Shown here: positions 56,657 to 64,000 of the stretch, in pieces
Numbering within the stretch: position 1 is the stretch's first letter
Layout of the letters: every line of letters begins with the position of its first letter
Assembly: GCA_964035545.1 (NCBI GenBank)
Contig: OZ037766.1
Coordinates: forward strand, 6,128,722-6,192,721
DNA: 64,000 bases
Direction of reading: 5' to 3'
Source: Bugula neritina
Lineage: Eukaryota > Animalia > Bryozoa
Position numbers and translations under genes: made by a program
The notes under the pieces: model-generated
Told to the model about the DNA's origin: nothing
Seen by the model: only the letters and a program-made list of their open reading frames with translations
Database searches by the model: none

Positions 56657-58386
56657 GTTTACTTTAAGAGCTCTGTAAGTGCAAATTTCAAAAGTGCAAC
56701 GAATGCAATCAATCTAATTAGTAATTGATTGTTTTCTTAGTTGATTACTTACTAGTAAGGCCCAAATGATTTATAGAGGAAAATATTTTTGTTCATATAT
56801 ATGCAGTTTTATGGGGTCTTTGTTATGTATTTTTCTACCATAAATTAGCTCAATCTTATAGAAGAGTTTCACAAGAACATGCAATTTTTAGCAAAACTGC
56901 AGAGGAATGACAAACAGTCTACTTATCAAATACGCATTTTAAATATTTGCATGAGCTCAATATAAATTAGTAAGTAGTCTCATACAATTCAACTAAGCAA
57001 AATAATTTATTGTAGTTTAACCTATAATGTTAAGTTTCTATTTATAACTAGTACACAAAATATGTCAATACTGTAGCCCTTGACTATTTTTAATAACACT
57101 GAATCTATGGGTACATTTTTTAATGTAAAGTTATTAGAACTTTATAAAAAAAATTTGCAACTCGACTATAAAGTCTGAAATTAGTCCTTATTTTATAAAT
57201 TTGATAGGCACAAATTCTAAAATTTTACACAGATCAAGCAAGTTATTATATAAATTATTTGATTTCAGGAGGTTAATCTATTTGAGAAACTTCAACCATT
57301 TGAGTTAGCAAAAAGTCAGCCAACTAACTTAGAGTCTTAGACCTATCTCTACATCTTATCCCTGTTTGTATGTTCTATAATTCTAAGCATTCAGGTTTAT
57401 GGCAATAGATATTTGATATTCTAAATTTAAAGAAAGGGGCCTTAAAAATTTAGTATGATGCGGCGTAGTCAATAGTCCTGAAAATCTTCTTACAAAATGT
57501 AAAATTTAATTTTAGTGCCAATTGTGCCAAGTTACTTATGAGAAACAACTGAACACATCACTTAGTCTTGGGTTACTATTACATTTACTGTATTAGTATT
57601 AGTATAGTTATCACTACCACTATAAAATTAAACACAAGTTGTCATCATTACTATTGTTACTATAATTTTCACTAATTATTATTATCACCATACTCATAGT
57701 CATAGTGATAACCATTCAGTACACTTAGTCTTACAGTGATACTCGCATTCATATTGATAGTAACAACCATACTGTGATACTCGCATTCATATTGATAGTA
57801 ACAACCATAGTCATAGTGATACTGATTATTGATAGTTATAATGATGAATGTTATTATTATAATTATTATTATATGCAGAATGAGAATCAGAATAGGATTG
57901 AGCTACTATTACTATTAGCAGCTAAGTACATAGATTATTATTAATGATGATTATCATTATTATAAAACAGAGGCAAAGTTTAAATTCTATGGATCATGCC
58001 ACTAGTACTACTATTAGTAACAGATCATGTGGCGCAAAAATCTTGGTTTTGGGAATCCCAGGCAATTAATATTATTTTAGTAAATGTAATTGGTCGGATT
58101 TTGGTTACGTTTGAAATGGCCGTCTACCGAAGACTTCAGTACATCATTTTTTAACATATTGATATACTTGTCGTCCTAAGTTATGTTTCTTTTTGTTTTA
58201 TAGGACCTATTTATTTTTTATCTCAAGTCCAAAGGGTTAAACACATGTTTATCACTTTGGCGAAAACTATGTCGCAAAGCAAAATCTTTAATTAGAAGAA
58301 TCGTAGGATATTCACGTTTCAACTCTTTTAGTGGTTACATTTTTGTCTTATGTACTTGCGAAGCCTTTGATTGATTTGTTCTATAA

Positions 58387-58580
58387 GCAGCTCCAGGTTG
58401 GGGGTGACTTAGTGCAGTAATTTCCTGTTCTCGAGTTTAGAGTTGGGGTTGTGAGGTTTCAATCAATGAACTCAAAATAATTATTATTATCTTTTCCAGT
58501 TCAATGGCTTCAATAAAAACCCCAATTCTAAACTGGAAAATTGAAAACTGCTGCATTCAATCACCCTCAGCTCGACGCCA
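58387..58580. mobile_element. MITE-like element with ~60-bp degenerate TIRs
   Basis: Left ...GGGGGTGACTTAGTGCAGTAATTTCC...GAGTTTAGAGTTGGGGTT is the imperfect reverse complement of AACCCCAATTCTAAACTGG...CTGCTGCATTCAATCACCCTCAGC. Confidence 0.6.
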
Positions 58581-58958
58581 ACTGTTCTGTTTCATTATTT
58601 GGTTGGCATTGCTCATGCGCAATTGCAACTTGTACTTTGCAGTTTCAGTTTGTACTTCAAATTCAATCAATTAATAATTACTATGAACTATGAAATTAGT
58701 CACTATGAAATTAATTTTAAATGTTACTATTTAGTATTTTCAAAGTATAGCATAGCATATTATAAGTAAGACTATAAGTATACACTAAAAGTTTTACCGT
58801 CAAAATAAAAGTTAATAGTATTAATAATAAATAATAGTACTAATACTAATAGTAATAGTAATACTGTAATACTAATAGTAATACTAATACTAATATTAAT
58901 ACTAATACTAAATATTAGTAACTAATACTATTACTAATAGTAATACTAATACTATTAC

Positions 58959-59033
58959 TAATAGTGTTACTCATACTCATACTGTTGTATAACATTAAGT
59001 TAATGTTATACAACAGTATGAGTAACACTATTA
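58959..59033. repeat. 34-bp-arm palindrome with one 6-nt bulge
   Basis: TAATAGTGTTACTCATAC[TCATAC]TGTTGTATAACATTAA-G-TTAATGTTATACAACAGTATGAGTAACACTATTA. Confidence 0.9.
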
Positions 59034-59083
59034 AATTTATTTTTAATACTATTTATTGTTAAGATTTTCAGATTTAGGGTTGA

Positions 59084-59362
59084 TGTGCCACCAAGAGAGT
59101 CTATTTATCACTAGAGAAACTTCACCGAGTTAAGTTGAGTAGATATCGTTATATTTTAATACAAGAATACATAATAAAATCTAATGTACAACAGTAATGA
59201 TACGCACGTCTATTTAATTTACAGCACTATCCTCAACTGAGCTAGTAGCGCGAAGCTGTTACTATTACTCATAAAACAGCCTAGCTAATTGGCTAATACA
59301 TTGTTCCGGGTCAATACGCAACCTTGCGTATTGTGTTGCTGGTAGCTCCACGAGCCACCACA
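59084..59362 (-). repeat. Putative 3' LTR (~279 bp)
   Basis: Starts TGTGGTGG right after PPT GGGGGGGGGGGCAG; contains ATTAAA; ends CACA at the switch to AT-rich flank; partner LTR is outside the window so the distal end is unverified. Confidence 0.65.
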
Positions 59363-59639
59363 CTGCCCCCCCCCCCAGCAGAAAGCCCACTTTCTGATAA
59401 AAATAAAATTCACATAAAAAAAACGTATACTTCGTTGTGGGGGAATAAGAGAACAGTATAAAAGTATATACAAAAAAAACAACAACTGATAAATTATACA
59501 GGTATATATATATAACGTGCACAATATGTAATAAGTAAGAGAAGGTCCTATCTACATGTAGAGTACGTGCCACCATAGCGGTAGGGAATGCCACAGAGAG
59601 GTAGGGGAAGAGTAGTATAGAGTTGGAGATAGATTCCAG

Positions 59640-60713
59640 TTAGCTGCGGGCCGCACGCTTCATGCGTTTAATAGACTCCTGTAAATATTTGAGTTCACTG
59701 GATGCAGCCTGCACCCGTGGGGCCAGTCTGTACACTTCTTGCTCCAAGTCGTGTGCCCTAGCTTCTACTTCACGTAGGTTGCGGGCCCAGGGGGACGAGC
59801 GAGAGGAAGTCGGCTGTCTGTGTCTTTTCCGCTCTGAGGATGGGAGGGGAGGAGGGAGTGTATACGCATTTGTGTCTACCCTCTGTAGTACGACACGAGG
59901 AAAGGTATGCGGCATGCGTAGAGGACTGTGAGGTGGAGAGTTAGTAGGCTGTGTAGGTTTATCTGCGGCTCCAGAGATGATGGGTCGCGGGGAAGGGAAG
60001 TCTTGCTCCAGGCGAGATAGCCGAGCTGAGTCAGTGATGAGTGGTTTGATGGCGTTGAGAAAGGCAGGATAGGATGATTCGTCTACTTCATAGACATGCC
60101 CTTGATAACACTGCATAGTACGTTGGTGCCGCAATAGGTAATCACGATTGTAGCTATATTCTCCGCAAGGGCAGAAAGTGGTGATGTAGTGTTGCGGCAA
60201 GTGTACTTTTAGTCTGCGGTGGGTTGTGAATCGCTGCTGGCAGAGGTTGCATTCACGATTACTCTCACCTCCTTGATGGGTCCTAATCTCTCTCTCTGTG
60301 GCAGGGGTAATCCAGTTGGAGGTTGCTTCCAACTGGGGTGGCAGTTGTCTTGTTGTAGAAGTTGTTGGGGCCGGCTCTGGGTCCCACGCCATCTTTAGAG
60401 AAGGCATGCCCGGAGAGACGGGCGCGAGTGTGTCTACAAAAGTAGAATTATTGTTAGATCGCGGTGGATCTTTACAACATAATTCTAGTGACTGTCGACC
60501 GTTGCTAGCCTGAGAGTCACAGCTTTTGGAATGCACTCGAGGAACTGATGAATCATGTGTGGACTGACCAAGAACAGTGTCTAGCTCCAGGTCTAACAGA
60601 CCGTCGGCCATTACAGTGTCTTCATCGTCATTCACATGAAACGTGGTTCCCAGTAATTCTGATTCAATCTGCTGAATTAGTTCAGAATTTACTGGCATCG
60701 AGCCCGTTTCCAT
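59640..60713 (-). CDS. Accessory ORF downstream of pol (357 aa): low-complexity N-terminus, C2H2-like zinc fingers, C-terminal coiled coil
   Basis: CNLC-x12-H-x3-H followed by CPC...H...C; heptads LREVEARAHDLEQEVYRLAPRVQAASSELKYLQESI; lies between pol stop and PPT. Confidence 0.75.
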   Translation of the reverse strand: METGSMPVNSELIQQIESELLGTTFHVNDDEDTVMADGLLDLELDTVLGQSTHDSSVPRVHSKSCDSQASNGRQSLELCCKDPPRSNNNSTFVDTLAPVSPGMPSLKMAWDPEPAPTTSTTRQLPPQLEATSNWITPATEREIRTHQGGESNRECNLCQQRFTTHRRLKVHLPQHYITTFCPCGEYSYNRDYLLRHQRTMQCYQGHVYEVDESSYPAFLNAIKPLITDSARLSRLEQDFPSPRPIISGAADKPTQPTNSPPHSPLRMPHTFPRVVLQRVDTNAYTLPPPLPSSERKRHRQPTSSRSSPWARNLREVEARAHDLEQEVYRLAPRVQAASSELKYLQESIKRMKRAARS

Positions 60714-60730
60714 GAATAGGAATACAAGAC

Positions 60731-63700
60731 TTATACTGGCTTACCTGGGAACTCGGTATTAATGTCCATACTCGACGTTCTTGGTAAGGTTGGAGCTGGT
60801 TGTGAGATACGTCTGCCTTTGGCGATGTCAGCATAAGAAAAGGCTGAGCATCGTTTCTGAGGCACGAGGTCGGAACTATTTGTTTTACGCGCATTAATTC
60901 CTCCCACTATTCCGCCCTCGCAAAAGTTGATATTTGCGTGGGGTTCACAACTCCAACATTTTATCGTACGGTTTTCCCCTAGACTTTCATGTGCGCCGCT
61001 CCTAATGCAGTCACATACGAAGTCTTTTAAATATGGTGGGGGTTTCCTCGTACGCTGTCCCCTTTCTAGGGGGGGTGACACGCTTGCCGGTTCGTTAGTA
61101 GGGGCCTCTAATGGCGTCTCTACTTCACCGTTAGTGGTCACCTCTTCTTGTTCTCCGGATGGAGCCCCTCCCTCCGTGGGGGTTTGCACTTCCGGAACCG
61201 GCTCGGTTTCTGGAAGTGATGGAATTAGACTCGGCGGTGGCGGACACGCTTCTGTTGGCAAAAGCTGCCGCTCCTCTCTCACCAAGTTTTCTTCCCGCGG
61301 TATGACCACTTCGTATTCAGGTCCATGCCGCCGTCGCCCGCGCGTCGTTGTCTGCCTCCTGGGCTCTAACAACGGGGGGGCTTCTCCCACTCCGTCGGGG
61401 CTAGCCCAATACGGTTTCAAGCGAGACTCATTCTGGATAGACACCTGTCCTGAGCGCTCAATCTTGTACGTATGATTGGGCATAGCCTCGACGACCACGT
61501 AGGGGCCTACGAACTTAGGCTTCAGTTTATCAGCCTGTCCGCGACGCCTACGGTAATTGACCATCCACACCTTATCTCCCGTTTGATAGAGAGGTGGTTC
61601 ATCGGAATCTTCGTGCCGCACCTTCCACTGCTGTTGACGCAGTATATCGTGTGCGGCCTTCATCCGTTCCACTAGTTCACTGGCATACTCGTGAACCGAG
61701 TTGTCTTGCTCTGGAATGTGATAGGTGAGATGGTCAGGGACACGAGTCTCTCTCCCGAGCATCAAGAGGTTTGGGGTCTCACCAGTACTGGTGTGTGGGG
61801 TGCTACGGTATGCACGCATGACTTGCGGCAATACCGTATCCCATTCCTCTTGACCTCGTCCAAGGAGGAGACTCCGGAGTGCATCACCTAGCATCCGGTT
61901 GTTGCGCTCCACCACCCCGTTACCTTGAGGGTGGTAGGGGGTGGTCCTGCTCTGATTTACTCCCCAGAGGTGGCAAAGGTCGCTCATCAGTTGAGACTGG
62001 AATTGAGCGCCTTGATCAGAGTGTATCTGTTCGGGAAGCCCAAAATAACAGAATACATGTTGGTCTAGCGCCCTGGCCACTGTTGGGGCTGATGCATCTG
62101 GGATAGCCAGAGCATCCGCCCACCTAGTAAAGTGGTCGGTTAGTACTAGTATCCAATTATTGCCTCTGGGGGTCAGGGGCATGGGTCCGACCAGGTCTAC
62201 AGCGACTACTTGCCAGGGCCTACCAGCATATAGCCTCCGCCGTCCTGCTTCACCAGGGGGGCGGCTGTGCTTACTGGCCTGGCAGATCTCACACTGTTTG
62301 ACTCTGAGCCGGACGTCACGCTCCATCTGCGGCCAATACCACCGGAGCCGTAATTTGGATATCACTCTCTTGACCCCTGCGTGGGCCTGTTTGTGAGTAT
62401 CCCAAATCAACTCACGGCGGATGGCCGTGGGGCAGACTACCCTCTTCCTTTCCGGGTGTCTGCCGCTGGCAGCTAGAGAGATGGTTAGCAACCCATCCTG
62501 CCCGATCCGCAGCGAGTCCCAACGCTGACAGTATAGCCGGAACTCGGCGCATCCCTGTCGTATGCGTTCCTCGCTGGGTCGTCGCCCTTCCCTTTTGGCC
62601 CGGTATATGTCTGCCACGACTCCAGGCAGCTCTTCTTGGAGCTTCTTCAACTCTCGAACATTACCGGCCAATACAGGGTTGGCGCGGAGGTTTTGTACAT
62701 CCTCCGGGGACTCATCAACTCTTTGCCTGAGTTGACCTTGGTCCCAGTCAAACGGTGCTCCGTGATGAGCCAGCGTCTCCAACTCGCATCGCGGGGGACC
62801 TCCATCCCTCCTCTCGATGTTGAGACACTGTTTGCAACCTCCGTCAGGTCGGCGACTCAACCCATCCGCATTGCTGTGTCTCTTGCCCGGTCGATGTTCG
62901 ATCCGGTATGAGAATTCAGCTAGGATTTCGAGCCACCGGGCGACCTGACTGGAGGGCTCTGCTCTCTTGCACAACCAGATCAGCGAGGCATGATCCGTAC
63001 GCAGCCGGAACTTCCTGCCGTATAGGTAGGGTCTGAAGTGCTTCACTGACTTGATTACTGCCAGCAGCTCCTTGCGGGTAGTGCAGTAATTTCGTTCAGC
63101 GGGTGAGAGAGACTTGCTGTAGTAGGCCACTACTACCTCTCGGCCTTCCTGCACTTGTGACAGCACAGCGCCAACATTTTGGTCACTGGCGTCCGTGTCT
63201 AGGATGTACTCCAGAGTGGGGTCTGGGTAGGCCAAGATGGGCGCCGTTAGTAGGCAGCCCTTGAGGCGGTCGAACGCTTCTTGTTCGACTGGAGTCCACT
63301 GCCACGTCACTCCCTTTGCGGTGAGCCGGTTTAACGGCTGGGCTATGCCCGCAAAGTCTGGTATGTATTGCCTGTAATACCCTACCAGCCCCAAGAAAGC
63401 CCGGAGCCCGGTCAAGTCTTGGGGGTGACCCAGTCTTCTACTGCCCGTACCTTTTCGGGATCCGTTGCCACGCCGTTTCGACCGACAACGTGCCCCAGGT
63501 ATTTGACCTCCGGCTGCAATAGAGCGCACTTGGAAGGTTTGAGCTTAAGACCGGCACCTCGGAGTCTCTCGAAAACCTCCTGCAGACGACTGACATGTGT
63601 CTCGAAGTCTGGAGAGATTACGATGACATCATCGAGGTAGACCAGCAGTGTCTTCCAATGGAGTCCGCTAAGGACTTGTTCCATCAGCCTCTGGAAGGTG

Positions 63701-64000
63701 GCTGGGGCGGAGGTTAACCCGAAGGGCAGCACCTTCCACTTCCACAAACCGTCCCGTGTGATAAACGCCGCTTTCTCCTGGGCGTCGGGACTCAGAGGAA
63801 CTTGCCAATAGCCGCTTAGCAAGTCTAACGTACTGAAGTACTTGCTGCCGGCTAGGGCGTCCAATGACTCGTCAATACGAGGTAGAGGGTAGGCGTCCTG
63901 TATGGTTACGCTATTGAGTTTGCGGTAGTCCACACAGAACCGCCAACTGCCGTCTTTCTTCCGGACCAGTACGACTGGCGAGCTCCACGCACTATGGGCG
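60731..64000 (-). CDS. pol: Gypsy Pol (RT, RNase H, integrase with GPY/F module); 1-nt frameshift at ~63421-63425
   Basis: WRFCVDYRKLN, YPLPRID, LPFGL, VYLDDV; LRAFLGLVGYYR, DTDASD, TDHASL, NADGLSR; HHCC, VAVD/IHSDQG/VERNNR, KFVGPY. Confidence 0.95.

Larger units (their letters stand above)
59084..64000 (-). mobile_element. Ty3/Gypsy LTR retrotransposon, 3' part (continues beyond the window)
   Basis: RT-RNaseH-IN order, G-run PPT at 59363-59376, putative 3' LTR 59084-59362 (TGTG...CACA), sharp GC increase relative to host DNA. Confidence 0.93.

Noticed and set aside
58020-58140. GGGAATCCC (NF-kB-like), CCAAT and AAATGGC motifs upstream of OSGEP
   Set aside because: Short motifs, TSS unknown; cannot be supported from sequence alone.
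60927-63640. Plus-strand ORFs overlapping pol
   Set aside because: Antisense shadows of a GC-rich coding region with no motifs.

Overview
AT-rich, intron-dense metazoan (probably invertebrate) genomic DNA; all gene models were assembled by hand from exon translation and splice-phase continuity. Six host genes: 3' half of OXCT1 (+), POC1 (-), a ~1,900-aa divergent NACHT+WD40 (NWD-like STAND) gene (-), NUDT9 (-), SVOP (+) and OSGEP (-). Two Ty3/Gypsy-type LTR elements: (1) 8223-14234, structurally complete (LTRs, tRNA-Ser PBS, PPT, CTAT TSD) but encoding only Gag+protease, carrying a nested 3.2-kb TIR-bounded insertion and, where pol should be, an exactly 24-nt-periodic array of seven palindromic tetraloop cores separated by variable 12-nt spacers; (2) 59084-64000, a GC-rich element with pol plus an extra zinc-finger/coiled-coil ORF in the env position. 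Also Penelope-like and RTE-like RT relics, a tRNA-derived SINE family, MITE-like repeats, a U12-type intron, two GC-AG introns, and minisatellites that sit on or duplicate splice sites.
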